DNA of 64,000 nucleotides, from the NCBI GenBank assembly GCA_047602405.1, contig JASGHJ010000002.1, positions 64,001-128,000 on the forward strand. Direction: 5' to 3'. Shown here piece after piece: positions 1 through 10,213 of the stretch. Origin of the DNA: Anaeromyxobacteraceae bacterium (lineage in GTDB: Bacteria > Myxococcota > Myxococcia > Myxococcales > Anaeromyxobacteraceae). The position numbers were made by a program, and so were the translations under genes. The number at the start of each line of letters is the position of its first letter. Within the stretch, counting starts at the first letter, position 1. Under the pieces are notes generated by a model. That model was not told the DNA's origin and did no database searches. It saw only the letters and a list, made by a program, of their open reading frames with translations.

Positions 1-831
1 GCGAAGGAGTGGTTCAAGAAGGCCGGGTCGGACCAGATGGTCGCCCGCTGCGACGAGGTGATCGCCGGGAAGACCGCCGCGCCGCTGAGGGAGGCCGAGG
101 CCGAGGCCCCCGCGCCGGAGGTCATGCCGGTCGCCGCCGCGAAGCCGCCGCCGCCGCCGCCTCCTCCTCCGCGCCCCGCGGTCGAGGCGGGCGTGCTCGC
201 CACCTGGGCCGCCGGCCGCGTCATCTCGGCCGCCGCGAACGCGCAGACCTTCGTGCTCATGGGCGAGGTGCTCGCGGTCACCGTGAAGGGCGAGGTGCGG
301 GTGCGCCTCGACGGGCTCTTCGCCACGCGCGGCAAGCTCTCGCTCTCCGGCGAGGTGAAGCGCTTCCGCGGCCGCCCCACCGAGAAGCCGTTCGGCGAGG
401 GCGCCTGGCGGATGCACCTCGCGAGCGGGGAGGGCACGCTGCTCGTGCGCTCCCCGGGGCGCAAGTTCACCGTCCTCGACCTCGGCAGCGAGGCGGCCTA
501 CTTTCGCGAGGAGGTCCTGTTCGGCTTCGAGGACGCGCTCGCGTTCGAGAACGGGCGGGTGCCCTCCAGCATCGCGGTAGACCTCAACCTCGTGCACCTG
601 CGCGGCAACGGGAACTTCCTGCTCGCCACGGGCGGCAACCCGGTCGCCATCGACGTCACGGTCGACGCGCCGCTGAAGCTCCCGCTCGAGGCGCTGGTGG
701 GCTGGGTGGGCGGCCTCACGCCGAAGGTGTCGCTCCTCTCCGAGGACGACCCCACCACCGCCGCGGTCGAGCTCACCGGCGAGGGCCGCGTGCTCGCCGA
801 CCCCGGCGCCGGCTGGGGCGATCTCCCGTGA
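1..831 (+). CDS. AIM24/TRAP-like domain protein, 5'-truncated by window edge
   Basis: Frame 1 open from base 1 (AKEWFKKAGSDQMVAR...); Pro-rich linker followed by AIM24-like beta-rich domain (…LREEVLFGFE…ELTGEGRVL-type segments); stop overlaps the pgsA start (GTGA). Confidence 0.6.
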   Translation, partial: AKEWFKKAGSDQMVARCDEVIAGKTAAPLREAEAEAPAPEVMPVAAAKPPPPPPPPPRPAVEAGVLATWAAGRVISAAANAQTFVLMGEVLAVTVKGEVRVRLDGLFATRGKLSLSGEVKRFRGRPTEKPFGEGAWRMHLASGEGTLLVRSPGRKFTVLDLGSEAAYFREEVLFGFEDALAFENGRVPSSIAVDLNLVHLRGNGNFLLATGGNPVAIDVTVDAPLKLPLEALVGWVGGLTPKVSLLSEDDPTTAAVELTGEGRVLADPGAGWGDLP

Positions 832-1445
832 GCGCGGGCGAGCGCCGCCTCGGCAAGGACCTCCTGAACCTGCCGAACGCGATCACGCTCACGCGCATCG
901 CGATGATCCCGGTGTTCCTCTGGTTCACGTACCACGAGTCGCGCGTCGACTCGTTCATCGCCTGCCTCGTCTACGCCGTGACCGGCGCGACCGACTTCCT
1001 CGACGGCTGGATCGCGCGCCGGAAGGGGCTCGTCACCCTCATCGGCAAGTTCCTCGATCCGCTCGCCGACAAGCTCGTGGTGATGGCGGCGCTCGTGATG
1101 CTGGTGCACCTCGGCCGCGTCGGCGCCTGGGTGGTCATCCTCATCATGGCGCGCGAGTTCATCATCACGGGCCTGCGCACCATCGCGATCGGCGAGGGCA
1201 TCGTCATCGCCGCAGGGCAGGAGGGGAAGTACAAGACCGCCTTCCAGCTCGCCGGGATCACGTTCCTGCTCCTCAACTACACCTACCCGGTGGACTGGGT
1301 GGTCGTGTCCTTCGACCTCGACTCCAACAAGGTCGGGGCCTGGCTGCTCTACATCTCGCTCGTGTTCTCGATCGTGAGCGCGGCGATCTACATCCGCGAC
1401 TTCATCCGCGCGGCGTACGCGAAGCCGGCCTCTCCGACCCGTTAG
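828..1445 (+). CDS. pgsA: CDP-diacylglycerol--glycerol-3-phosphate 3-phosphatidyltransferase
   Basis: NLPNAITLTRI N-terminus and CDP-alcohol phosphotransferase motif DFLDGWIAR…GKFLDPLADK; GTG start at 828; closely followed by tRNA-Gly as in many bacteria. Confidence 0.92.
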   Translation: MSAGERRLGKDLLNLPNAITLTRIAMIPVFLWFTYHESRVDSFIACLVYAVTGATDFLDGWIARRKGLVTLIGKFLDPLADKLVVMAALVMLVHLGRVGAWVVILIMAREFIITGLRTIAIGEGIVIAAGQEGKYKTAFQLAGITFLLLNYTYPVDWVVVSFDLDSNKVGAWLLYISLVFSIVSAAIYIRDFIRAAYAKPASPTR

Positions 1446-1635
1446 CCCCGAGCGCAGGGGCCGCGCAGCGTAGGCGAAGCCGGCCTCTCCGACCCGTCAG
1501 CCCCGAGCGTAGGGGCCGCGCAGCGTAGGCGAAGCCGGCCTCTCCGACCCGTTAGCCCCGAGCGTAGGGGCCGCGCAGCGTACGCGAAGTCGGCCTCTCC
1601 GACCCGTTAGCCCCGAGCGTAGGGGCCGCGCAGCG
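1413..1635. repeat. Tandem repeat, 4 x 55 bp (GCGTACGCGAAGCCGGCCTCTCCGACCCGTTAGCCCCGAGCGTAGGGGCCGCGCA), ending in a REP-like palindrome
   Basis: Copies start at 1413, 1468, 1523 and 1578 with 1-2 substitutions each; last copy continues into GGGGCCGC-GCA-GCGGCCCC hairpin (1622-1640). Confidence 0.95.
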
Positions 1636-1655
1636 GCCCCGGAGGCGAGGGGCGC

Positions 1656-2801
1656 CTACCGCATCACCTCATCCACCGCCCGCAGCACCACCTCCGCCGG
1701 CGCGTCCCCGCGCACCTCCGCCGCCGCGAACGTCGGCAGCCGGTGGCCCCAGCGCGCCGAGTCCCCGCGGAAGAAGACGCCCACGGTCCGCGCCCCGACC
1801 GCCATCGCGAGGTGCATCGGTCCCGAGTTGTTGGAGACCACGAGCCGCGCCCGCCGCATCAGCGCGGCGAGGAGCGGCAGGGACGTCGGCGGCGCGAACA
1901 CCGCCCCGGACCCCTCGGCGATGGCCTTCGCGAGGACCTCCTCGCCGGGCCCCCAGACGACGAGCGGCGCGAGCCCGCGGGCGATGAGCCCCTTGCACAC
2001 CTCGGCGTAGTGCTCCGGCGGCCAGCGCCGGTCGGAGATGCGCGCGCCCGGGTTCACGACCGCGAGCGGCTTCCCGGTGAGGCCCGCCGCGGCGAGGAGC
2101 GCGTCGGCCTCCCCGAGCGCGTCCACGCCGAGCGACGTCTCGAGCTCGAGCCCGCGCGCGGGCAGCCCGAGCGCCTGGAGGAGCTCGAGCTTCGCCGGGA
2201 CCTCGCTCGGCTCGGCGGGATCGTGCCTCACCGGGTGCGAGAGGAACCGCGCCGCGTCGCCGCGGTCGTGCCCGACGATCGGCGCCTTGCCCGCGACGAG
2301 CCGCGCCACGAGCGACCCCGTCAGCGAGTAGGCCGACCAGTGGTTCGCCTCGACGACGAGGTCGTACCGCTCGCGCCGGAGCCCGCGCAGGAGCCCGATG
2401 AACCGGAGCGGCGCCTTGAAGGCGTCGCGCTTCTGCCAGAGCACGAAGCGGTCGACGTGCGGCGAGCCCGCGAGCCGGCCCTGCTTCGGGGCCAAGAGGT
2501 GCAGCTCGGCGCCGGGGAGCCCGAGCTTCAGCGCCCGGAGGAGCGGGGTCGTGAGGAGCTGGTTCCCGACCCGCTCGTCGAGCCGGACCACGAGGACCCT
2601 GCGGAGCCGGTCCAGCGCCGGCAGCGCCGCCCGGGGCCGCGGGAACACCAGGTTCGCGAGCCCGAGGGCGAGGGTTCGCCCGATGGCGCGGAAGAAGTTC
2701 GCGATCGGCCCGCGCTGCACGCCCCCGCCGAGCTTCTTCGCTGCCGCGACCTGCTCGGCGCGGGTGGGCGAACCCGGGGTCTGGGGCGTGTCCTGGGCCA
2801 T
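1656..2801 (-). CDS. Glycosyltransferase family 9 (ADP-heptose:LPS heptosyltransferase-like)
   Basis: RVLVVRLDERVGNQLLTTP, NPGARISDRRWP and VSNNSGPMHLA motifs typical of GT9; ATG at 2801 chosen as start. Confidence 0.85.
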   Translation of the reverse strand: MAQDTPQTPGSPTRAEQVAAAKKLGGGVQRGPIANFFRAIGRTLALGLANLVFPRPRAALPALDRLRRVLVVRLDERVGNQLLTTPLLRALKLGLPGAELHLLAPKQGRLAGSPHVDRFVLWQKRDAFKAPLRFIGLLRGLRRERYDLVVEANHWSAYSLTGSLVARLVAGKAPIVGHDRGDAARFLSHPVRHDPAEPSEVPAKLELLQALGLPARGLELETSLGVDALGEADALLAAAGLTGKPLAVVNPGARISDRRWPPEHYAEVCKGLIARGLAPLVVWGPGEEVLAKAIAEGSGAVFAPPTSLPLLAALMRRARLVVSNNSGPMHLAMAVGARTVGVFFRGDSARWGHRLPTFAAAEVRGDAPAEVVLRAVDEVMR

Positions 2802-2856
2802 CGGGCCGGGGAGAATACCCCGGTTCCGCCGGGGGTTCGGAGGCGTCATCCCGTGC

Positions 2857-2886
2857 TTGACACCCCCCGGCAGGCACCTCTATAAC
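2857..2886 (+). promoter_or_regulatory. Sigma70-type promoter of tRNA-Gly
   Basis: TTGACA (2857-2862), 18 bp spacer, TATAAC (2881-2886), 33 bp upstream of the tRNA. Confidence 0.8.
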
Positions 2887-2919
2887 GGCGCCCCTGCAAG
2901 CGGTTCGCAGACAGGTTTC

Positions 2920-2994
2920 GCGGGAATAGCTCAGTGGTAGAGCATCGCCTTGCCAAGGCGAGGGTCGAGGGTTCAAATCCCTTTTCCCGCTCCA
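2920..2994 (+). tRNA. tRNA-Gly (GCC)
   Basis: GCGGGAA/TTCCCGC acceptor stem, TAGCTCAGTGGTAGAGC D-arm, TCGCC-TTGCCAA-GGCGA anticodon arm, GGTTCAAATCC T-arm, encoded CCA. Confidence 0.98.
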
Positions 2995-2997
2995 TCT

Positions 2998-3024
2998 AAG
3001 GCCCCGGTCCGCCGGGGCCTTTTT
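2998..3024 (+). terminator. Rho-independent terminator after tRNA-Gly
   Basis: AAGGCCCCGG-TCCG-CCGGGGCCTT hairpin followed by T run. Confidence 0.9.
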
Positions 3025-3143
3025 CATTTCCTGGCGGGCGCGACCAACGTACGACCAAGACCCGACGTCCTCTGGAACGGCGTCCGCGGGAGTGGACGAG
3101 GCATCCGGGTCTTCGGGCAGGGTTCCGCCCCGCGTGACGCAAC

Positions 3144-6100
3144 TCACGGGGACATTCGAGCGTCCATCGACCGCGTCCCGGCCACGCGAGCCAGCAGCGC
3201 CTCGAGCTCCTCGAGCGAAGGTGGCTTCGACATGTGGGCATCGAACCCTGCCGCGAGCGCCGCTGCGCGATCCTCCGGCTGCGCGAACCCCGTCAACGCG
3301 ATGGCGAAGATGTCTCCGCCGCCGGGTTGCGTCCGGATCGCCTGGATGACCTCGTGCCCGGTCAGGTCGGGCAGGCCGATGTCGCAGAGCAGGGCCTGGG
3401 GCCGTCGCCGTGCCCTCTCGATGCCTTCACGGCCCGTGTGGACCGTCTCCACCTCGTGACCGCCCAGCGCGAGCAGGTCGGCGAGGGTCGTCGCGGCGTC
3501 CACGTTGTCCTCGACGATGAGGATCGAGAGCGGCTGTGCCGCCGCGGCGCCGATTCTCCCTTGCGCCTCGCGCCGAGGCGCTGCCGCGAGGGGAAGCGCG
3601 AGCACGAACGAGGCGCCCGTACCCGGGCCGTCGCTGTGCGCTCGGACGGAGCCCCCGTGCCTCTCGGCGAGATCCCTCACGAGGGCGAGGCCGATGCCGA
3701 GGCCGCCGTGGGCCCGGCGCACGGCGACGGCCTGCTCGAACGCGCCGAAGATCCGCTCGAGATCCTCCGGGGCGATGCCGATTCCGGTGTCCCGGACGGT
3801 GGTCTCGCACGTGTCCCCTCGGCGCTCCGCGACGACGTCCACCGCACCTCCGGGCGGCGTGAACTTGAGCGCGTTCGCCAGCAGGTTGCCCACCATCTGC
3901 GCGAGCCGGGCCGTGTCCGCCTCCACCCACAACGGCTCCGCGGGGTCGATGTAGCGGAGCTTCACGCCGCGTTGATCGAACCCCGCGCGGGCATCCTCGC
4001 AGGCCCTGCTCACGACCTCGCGCGCGTCGAGCCGGGTCTTCCGGAGCTCGATCTTCCCGTGCGTGATGCGGGTCATGTCGAGCAGGTCGTCGACCAGCCG
4101 CGTCAGGTGGTCGGCCTGGCGGTGGATGATCTCGCGGGCCCGGCGGGCCTGGTCGCTGTCCGGCGGCGTCCGCTCCAGCAGGGCCGCGCTGTTGCGAATC
4201 GGCGCGAGCGGGTTCCTGAGCTCGTGCGACAGCACGGCGAGGAACTCCGACTTGCGCCGGCCCTCCGCGCGGAGCTGCTCGTTGGCGGCCCGTAGATCCT
4301 CTCCGGCGCGCCGGAGGTCGGTGACGTCCATGGACACGCCGAGCAGCCGGACGGGGCGGTGCCCCGTGTCGAACTCGACGCGGCCGCTCTCCTGGAGCCG
4401 CCGCACCTCGCCGTCCGGGCGGACGATCCGGTGCTCCGAGCGGTAGGCGCCGTCCGGCGACTCGAGCGCGCTGCGCACGCTGGCGAGGAAGAGGTTCCTG
4501 TCCGCCGGGTGGACGATGTCCGCGACCTCCTGCAGCGTGCGACCTCGGTCGCCTTCGGCGGGCAGCGCCTCCTCCATGCTCAGCGCCCTCGTGACCCTGT
4601 CGCGCTCGATGTCCCACTCGAAGACGAGGGCCAGCGAGGCGGTCATCGCCAGCCGGAGGGCGGCCTCGCGGTCCGCTGCCCTGTCCTGGACGAGCTTGTG
4701 CTCGGTCACGTCGACCGCGGTGGCGATGATGCCGATGACGACGCCGTCGCGTTGCTGGGGCCGGACGTGGAGGTCGAACCAGCGCATCACGCCGCGGTCC
4801 TGCACCGGTCGGATCTCTCGAACGGCCTCGCCGGTCTGCAGGGCGCGCCGCTTCAGCGCGATGAGCCCCTCCGCGTCCTCCGGGCGCTCGAACAGGTCGT
4901 GGTCGGTCTTCCCGGCCACATCCTCGGATCGGAACCCGAGCGCCGGATTGGCGATCCAGGTGTAACGGAGATCGAGGTCCTGGGTGAAGACGACGACCGG
5001 AGAGGCCTCCACGGCCGCGGTGAACCGCTCGTTGGTCTCCCGCAGCCGCGCCTCGGCGATCCGGAGCGCCGTCTCCGACCGGGCGCGGAGGATCGAGGCC
5101 GAGAGGCGCTCGGCCGTCTCCCGCACCAGCGCGACGTCCAGCTCGCCCCAGGGGCGCGGGCGGGAGGTCGTGACGCACAGCGCTCCCAGGAGGGCGCTCC
5201 CCTTGATGACGGGCACGGAGACGTGGGCCGCGATTTGGACTGCAGCGAGCGCGGGGCGATCGGCCTCTGGAATCCTCGCATCCGAGGCCACATCGGCCAT
5301 CGCGACACTCTCGCCGCGCCTGAGCAGGGGCATCACCCACCCGTAGTCGTCCAGGGGGCGGGTGCCCACGAGCGACGGCACCCCCGGCACCACGTGATCC
5401 CGCGCCACGTGCGTGGTGCCCGCCTGCTCATCCAGCTCGACGTAGAACGCTCGATCCACTCCGAGCTGCTCGACGAGGAGCCGGCAGGCCCCGGCCTGGA
5501 TCTCCTCGGCGTCGGCCAGGTCCCGAAGCCTGTCGCCGAGCCGGACGAGGTACGCCTGGCGCGCCTCGCTCGCGCGGAGCGCGTCCTCGGACCGCTTCCG
5601 GTCGCTGATGTCCTCGACGAGGCCGACGATCCACCGGGACGCGCCGAGCGCGTCCCGGACGAGGGACACGCTCTTGCGAACCCAGACCGAGTCCCCCGGC
5701 TTGCGCCGATAGCGACTTTCGATCACGAAGGCCGGGATGGCGCCGGCAAGCAGGCGCTCGATCTCGACCAGGCACGCGCGATCGTCCGCGAAGAGCAGCT
5801 CGGGAATGGTCTTCGTACGCAGCTCGTCCAGGGTGTACCCGGTGATGGCACAGTAGGCGGGGTTCGCGTCGAGAAAGCGGCCCTCCGGCGTCGCGAGCGC
5901 GAACCCGATGGTCGCCTGGGCAAATGCCGCCCGGTGCTTCTCCTCGCTCTCCCGGAGCGCCTCCACGGCCCGCTTGCGCTCGGTGACGTCCCGGAAGAGG
6001 GCCCCCACGCGCCGGCTCTCCGGACCTCCCAGGCGGAAGACGAAGAAGCCGTACCACCGACGATCGGGAGCGGCGTACCGCTCGAGGCGGACGCTCTCGC

Positions 6101-6368
6101 CGGTCAGGGCCACCTTGCCGAAGATCTCGTACCAGTACTCCTCGTATCCGGGGTCGATCTCCCGCAGTCGCTTCCCCGTGAAGTCCCGGCCGACCATGCG
6201 CGTCGCGGCCGCGTTGGCCCCGACGTAGAGCAGGTCGATCGGCCGGTCGTGATCATCGAAGAGGACGTCGATGAGGAAGAGGCCCTCGTCGATGGCGTCG
6301 AAGAGGGTCTGGTACGGAGTCTCCCGATCGCGCTGCGGACCGGCGGGCCGGAAGTCGAGGATCGACAT
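3144..6368 (-). CDS. Hybrid sensor histidine kinase (PAS-PAS-GAF-PAS-PAS-HisKA-HATPase-REC)
   Basis: LSHELRNPLAPIRN H-box, NALKFT, DTGIGI, GLGIGL; C-terminal receiver (VEDN…CDIGLPD…KP). Confidence 0.93.
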   Translation of the reverse strand: MSILDFRPAGPQRDRETPYQTLFDAIDEGLFLIDVLFDDHDRPIDLLYVGANAAATRMVGRDFTGKRLREIDPGYEEYWYEIFGKVALTGESVRLERYAAPDRRWYGFFVFRLGGPESRRVGALFRDVTERKRAVEALRESEEKHRAAFAQATIGFALATPEGRFLDANPAYCAITGYTLDELRTKTIPELLFADDRACLVEIERLLAGAIPAFVIESRYRRKPGDSVWVRKSVSLVRDALGASRWIVGLVEDISDRKRSEDALRASEARQAYLVRLGDRLRDLADAEEIQAGACRLLVEQLGVDRAFYVELDEQAGTTHVARDHVVPGVPSLVGTRPLDDYGWVMPLLRRGESVAMADVASDARIPEADRPALAAVQIAAHVSVPVIKGSALLGALCVTTSRPRPWGELDVALVRETAERLSASILRARSETALRIAEARLRETNERFTAAVEASPVVVFTQDLDLRYTWIANPALGFRSEDVAGKTDHDLFERPEDAEGLIALKRRALQTGEAVREIRPVQDRGVMRWFDLHVRPQQRDGVVIGIIATAVDVTEHKLVQDRAADREAALRLAMTASLALVFEWDIERDRVTRALSMEEALPAEGDRGRTLQEVADIVHPADRNLFLASVRSALESPDGAYRSEHRIVRPDGEVRRLQESGRVEFDTGHRPVRLLGVSMDVTDLRRAGEDLRAANEQLRAEGRRKSEFLAVLSHELRNPLAPIRNSAALLERTPPDSDQARRAREIIHRQADHLTRLVDDLLDMTRITHGKIELRKTRLDAREVVSRACEDARAGFDQRGVKLRYIDPAEPLWVEADTARLAQMVGNLLANALKFTPPGGAVDVVAERRGDTCETTVRDTGIGIAPEDLERIFGAFEQAVAVRRAHGGLGIGLALVRDLAERHGGSVRAHSDGPGTGASFVLALPLAAAPRREAQGRIGAAAAQPLSILIVEDNVDAATTLADLLALGGHEVETVHTGREGIERARRRPQALLCDIGLPDLTGHEVIQAIRTQPGGGDIFAIALTGFAQPEDRAAALAAGFDAHMSKPPSLEELEALLARVAGTRSMDARMSP

Positions 6369-6699
6369 CGCGACCTCGATCTGATGGCGGAGCGAGCTTC
6401 GCGCATTCCCCGGTCGAGCGGCGGGTCGACCGGGGAGGGGCCTGCCGGTGCTCCGGTCGACCAGTCGCCGGCCTCGAGACAGGTCCGCGCGGTTATATCC
6501 AGGCGTTCATGTGCGATACCTATGACGGGACGTGAAACCGCTGCCCGCCTGTCCGTCGGCGCAACTCCTACGGCCGGGTCCGTGGATCGCTGACCCGGTC
6601 GCCGGTGGATGGCCTCAGGCCGGCGCGGGACATGCGATTTGGGGGCTCCCACCGGTACCCTTTCTTGCGCTGCGTTCGTGGTGCTAGCAGTCCGGGTGA

Positions 6700-6930
6700 G
6701 TGCCCGTCGACGACCACCGCGAATACGCCCAGGACCCCTCGGGTGGCGACGGTGCCGTGGTCTGCGCCCGGTGCGGACAGCCGGGTAACGTCGTCCTGAA
6801 CGGCGGCCTCTTCACGGGCGAGAAGACCTGGAGCGTCGAATGGGACCTCGACGTCTCGTGCTCGAGGAGCGCGGACCGTCAACACGAGGCCGTCCCCTCC
6901 GGTAGAGCGCAGCGACCGCCCACTCCCTGA
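6700..6930 (+). CDS. Small hypothetical protein with CxxC motif
   Basis: 76-aa ORF in an otherwise empty intergenic gap, protein-like composition (CARCGQPG…WSVEWDLDVSC); start uncertain. Confidence 0.3.
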   Translation: MPVDDHREYAQDPSGGDGAVVCARCGQPGNVVLNGGLFTGEKTWSVEWDLDVSCSRSADRQHEAVPSGRAQRPPTP

Positions 6931-7064
6931 GGTCCCGGGTCGTGCGCGCGTCCTCGGTCGCGCCCACCCGGCAGGCTGGCAGCGCCGTGGGGTGCCCTGG
7001 CCGACCGAGCGGGGAGGCTTGCGGTGATCCCGAGCACCACGTTCGGTTGGTAGGGTGGAGCAGC

Positions 7065-9815
7065 ATGGCCCGTTCCAGCCGACCCACCAGTGAGCTGACG
7101 TCCAGCGCGACGCCGGTCCGGTTCGTGCCGTACGCACAGGTCATCGCAGAGATGCTGGACGGCGTGCTGGTGGCGACGAGCGAAGCCCGGGTGGTCGCGG
7201 CGAACGCCGCCGCCGCGCGGATCTTCGAGGTCCCGGGCGAGGAGCTGCTCGTTCCGCTGGCCGTGTACCCGGAGCGGTTCGCCCTGCGCGCGCTCGACGG
7301 GCACCCCGAGCTCCCGGTGGCCCAGCGTGCGCTCGCCGGTGAGATCGTCGCGCCGGTCGAGCAGCGGATCCGCACGGCGACCGGGGACAAGATCATCAGG
7401 ACGAGCGCCGCTCCGCTGCGCGACGAGGACGGCGTGGTCATCGGCGCGGTCGTGCTGGCGGCGGACGTCTCGGCGATGAAGGCCGAGGAGCAGCGCGCCC
7501 GGCAAGAGGTGGCGCTGCTTCAGCAGGCCAGCGAAGACCGGCAACGGGCGCTCGACGATGCGCGGAAGACGGCCGAGCTCCTCCGGGTCACGGAGAGCCG
7601 CTTCGCGGCGTTCGTGAAGGCGACCTCCGAGGCGATCTACCTGATGAGCCCGGACTGGACGGAGATGCGCTTCCTGTCGGGAGGCGGATTCCTCGTCGAT
7701 ACCTCGGCGCCCCACCTGCGCTGGGACGAACGGTACCTCCTCCCCGAGGACCGCCCCGCGGTGTGGCGCGTCATCCACGAGGCGATCGCGAGGAAGCGGC
7801 CCTTTCACCTGGAGCATCGGGTCGTGCGCCAAGATGGGAGCATCGGCTGGACCCTCTCGCGAGCGGTCCCCTCTCGCGACGGGCAGGGCAGGGTGGTCGA
7901 GTGGTTCGGGATCGCCTCCGACATCACCCCGCGGAAGCGCGCCGAGGAGGCCGCCCTCGAAGGCGAGCGGCGGCTCCGCGCCTTCTTCCAGAGCGTGATG
8001 GAGCTGGCCGGCGTCCACGAGGCCGTGCGGGATGCCTCCGGCGCGGTCGTGGACTCGATCGTCAGGGAGGTGAACGATCCGGCGCTCCAGCTCCTCGGCC
8101 GTGGGCGCGAGGAGGTCGTGGGGCGACGGTTGAGCGAGGTGTTCACGCCCGAGCTGGCCTCCGCGCTGACACGGCCCTGGGCCGAGGTCCTCGCGACGGG
8201 CGCCCCGGCCCGGTACGAGGTGGAGGTGGCGGGACACGTGCTGGCGGTCGCGGCGTCGCGCATGGGCGCCGCCACGATCGCGGCGGTGGCGGACGACATC
8301 ACCGAGCGGAAGCGCGCGGAGCGCGCGCTCCGGGAGAGCGAGCTCCAGTTCAGGACGCTGACCGAGGCGATGCCGCACATCGTCTGCGCCCTCGCGCCGG
8401 ACGGAAGGGCCGAGTACGTGAACCCGCAGTGGACCGCGTTCTCCGGGCTCGACCTCCCGTCCACGAATCGGGTGGGGTGGGGAGCGCTCCTTCACCCCGA
8501 CGATCTCGCCGCGGCGGCCGACTGCCGTCGAAGGGCGCTGAAGACCCTGGCGCCGCAGGAGACGGAGCTCCGGTACCGCCGCGCAGACGGGGCGTTCCGC
8601 TGGTTCCTGAGCCGTCTCGCGCCCATCGTGGACGACCGCCGCGTCGTCCGCTTCATCGGCTCCGCCATGGACATCGAGGACCGGAAGCGGGCCGAGGAGG
8701 CGCTCCGGGAGACGGACCGCCGGCGAACGGAGTTCCTGGGCGTCCTCTCCCATGAGCTGCGGAATCCCCTCGCCCCCATCCGCAATGGCATCGAGATCCT
8801 CGACAAGGTCCCCGAGGGGGCGAGGGCGGCGCGCGCGCGCGAGGTGATCCGGCGACAGGCCGGGCAGTTGACCCGGCTCGTCGACGACCTGCTCGACGCG
8901 ACGCGCATCTCTCGCGGGAAGGTCCACCTCCAGCGGGAGGTCACCGATCTCCAGGATCTCGTGCGCAAGGCGTGCGAGGACTCCCGCTCCGTGTTCGCGG
9001 ACGCCAACCTCGAGCTGAGCCTCGAGATCCCGGCCGGGCCCGTGTGGGCCGACGTGGACCCGACCCGGATCTCGCAGGTGATCGGGAACCTGCTCCACAA
9101 CGCCCACAAGTTCACCCAGCCCGGCGGTGCGGTGACCGTCCGCCTTCGCGTCCGGGGTGGCCGCGCCGAGGTGTCCGTGCGGGACGACGGGGTCGGCATC
9201 GCCCCGGCGCAGCTCTCCCGGATGTTCGAGCCGTTCGCGCAGGAGGACCGGAGCCTCGCACGCACCCAGGGCGGACTCGGGCTCGGGCTCGCCCTGGCGA
9301 AGGGGCTCGTCGAGCTGCACGGGGGCACGATCGAGGCCCGGAGCGAGGGGGCGGGGAAGGGCTCCGAGTTCAAGGTCTGGCTCCCGGTGATCGAGGCGAA
9401 GCCCGCGCCCCCTCCTCGGCCCCCGGACCGCTCGCACGGGGCGGCTCGCCTGCGCGTGCTCGTCATCGACGACAACGCCGACGCCGCGCAGACGCTCGCC
9501 GATGCGCTGGAGCTGGAGGGGCACGAGGTGACCGTCGCCCGGAATGGAACCGTGGGCCTCCGCCTCGCGCGAGAGTTGCAACCCGACCTCGTGCTCTGCG
9601 ACCTCGGGCTCCCGGACCTGGACGGCTACGAGGTCGCGAGGAGGCTGCGCGCGGACGACGCCCTGCGCTACACGCGGCTCATCGCCGTGTCCGGGTACGC
9701 GCAGCCCGAGGACATCGAGCGCGCACGCGAGGCCGGGTTCGACGTCCACCTGCCCAAGCCGGCGCCGCTCGAGGAGCTCAGCTCCCTCCTCGCGGGGCAG
9801 CCGCCGCCCGCGTGA
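7065..9815 (+). CDS. Hybrid sensor histidine kinase (4 PAS-HisKA-HATPase-REC)
   Basis: GGTGGAG RBS before ATG 7065; PAS/PAC repeats; LSHELRNPLAPIRN; receiver IDDN…CDLGLPD. Confidence 0.93.
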   Translation: MARSSRPTSELTSSATPVRFVPYAQVIAEMLDGVLVATSEARVVAANAAAARIFEVPGEELLVPLAVYPERFALRALDGHPELPVAQRALAGEIVAPVEQRIRTATGDKIIRTSAAPLRDEDGVVIGAVVLAADVSAMKAEEQRARQEVALLQQASEDRQRALDDARKTAELLRVTESRFAAFVKATSEAIYLMSPDWTEMRFLSGGGFLVDTSAPHLRWDERYLLPEDRPAVWRVIHEAIARKRPFHLEHRVVRQDGSIGWTLSRAVPSRDGQGRVVEWFGIASDITPRKRAEEAALEGERRLRAFFQSVMELAGVHEAVRDASGAVVDSIVREVNDPALQLLGRGREEVVGRRLSEVFTPELASALTRPWAEVLATGAPARYEVEVAGHVLAVAASRMGAATIAAVADDITERKRAERALRESELQFRTLTEAMPHIVCALAPDGRAEYVNPQWTAFSGLDLPSTNRVGWGALLHPDDLAAAADCRRRALKTLAPQETELRYRRADGAFRWFLSRLAPIVDDRRVVRFIGSAMDIEDRKRAEEALRETDRRRTEFLGVLSHELRNPLAPIRNGIEILDKVPEGARAARAREVIRRQAGQLTRLVDDLLDATRISRGKVHLQREVTDLQDLVRKACEDSRSVFADANLELSLEIPAGPVWADVDPTRISQVIGNLLHNAHKFTQPGGAVTVRLRVRGGRAEVSVRDDGVGIAPAQLSRMFEPFAQEDRSLARTQGGLGLGLALAKGLVELHGGTIEARSEGAGKGSEFKVWLPVIEAKPAPPPRPPDRSHGAARLRVLVIDDNADAAQTLADALELEGHEVTVARNGTVGLRLARELQPDLVLCDLGLPDLDGYEVARRLRADDALRYTRLIAVSGYAQPEDIERAREAGFDVHLPKPAPLEELSSLLAGQPPPA

Positions 9816-9841
9816 CCGGCCACCCTGTACGGTCCCGCGGT

Positions 9842-10084
9842 TCAGCCGACGTCGCGCGCGCCGATGGAGAGCGTGGTGCTCGCGAGCGCGGAGAGGCCGA
9901 TGGGGATCACCGGCCGCGCGACCACCAGCGCGCGGCTGAGCGTGCACGCGATCGCGGCGCCGGCCCACTCGCGCATGCCGGGCAGCGCGGGACCCCTCGT
10001 CCACAGGAGGACGAGGAAGGCGGAGGCGAGGAGGCTGAGGGCGAAGCCGACGACATAGAGCGTCGGCACGGCGATGGGATCCAT
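9842..10084 (-). CDS. Small membrane protein, possibly a truncated membrane sensor domain
   Basis: 80 aa with 2-3 hydrophobic segments (…LPGMREWAGA…), resembling N-terminal membrane regions of GGDEF/kinase sensors. Confidence 0.4.
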   Translation of the reverse strand: MDPIAVPTLYVVGFALSLLASAFLVLLWTRGPALPGMREWAGAAIACTLSRALVVARPVIPIGLSALASTTLSIGARDVG

Positions 10085-10213
10085 GCGGGGTTCACGCCGC
10101 GCGGCTCCTGCCGGCAGGGCGGAGCCAAGCTGCCCGCTTCATCGCGGCGTTGGAAGATACCGCCAGTAGACTTGACGATGAGTCATTCGCCGCGCCCGCG
10201 GCGGGGTCCCCTG

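Noticed and set aside
1413..1635. 55-bp repeats as a CRISPR array
   Set aside because: Units are contiguous with no unique spacers, include the pgsA coding end, and no cas genes are present.
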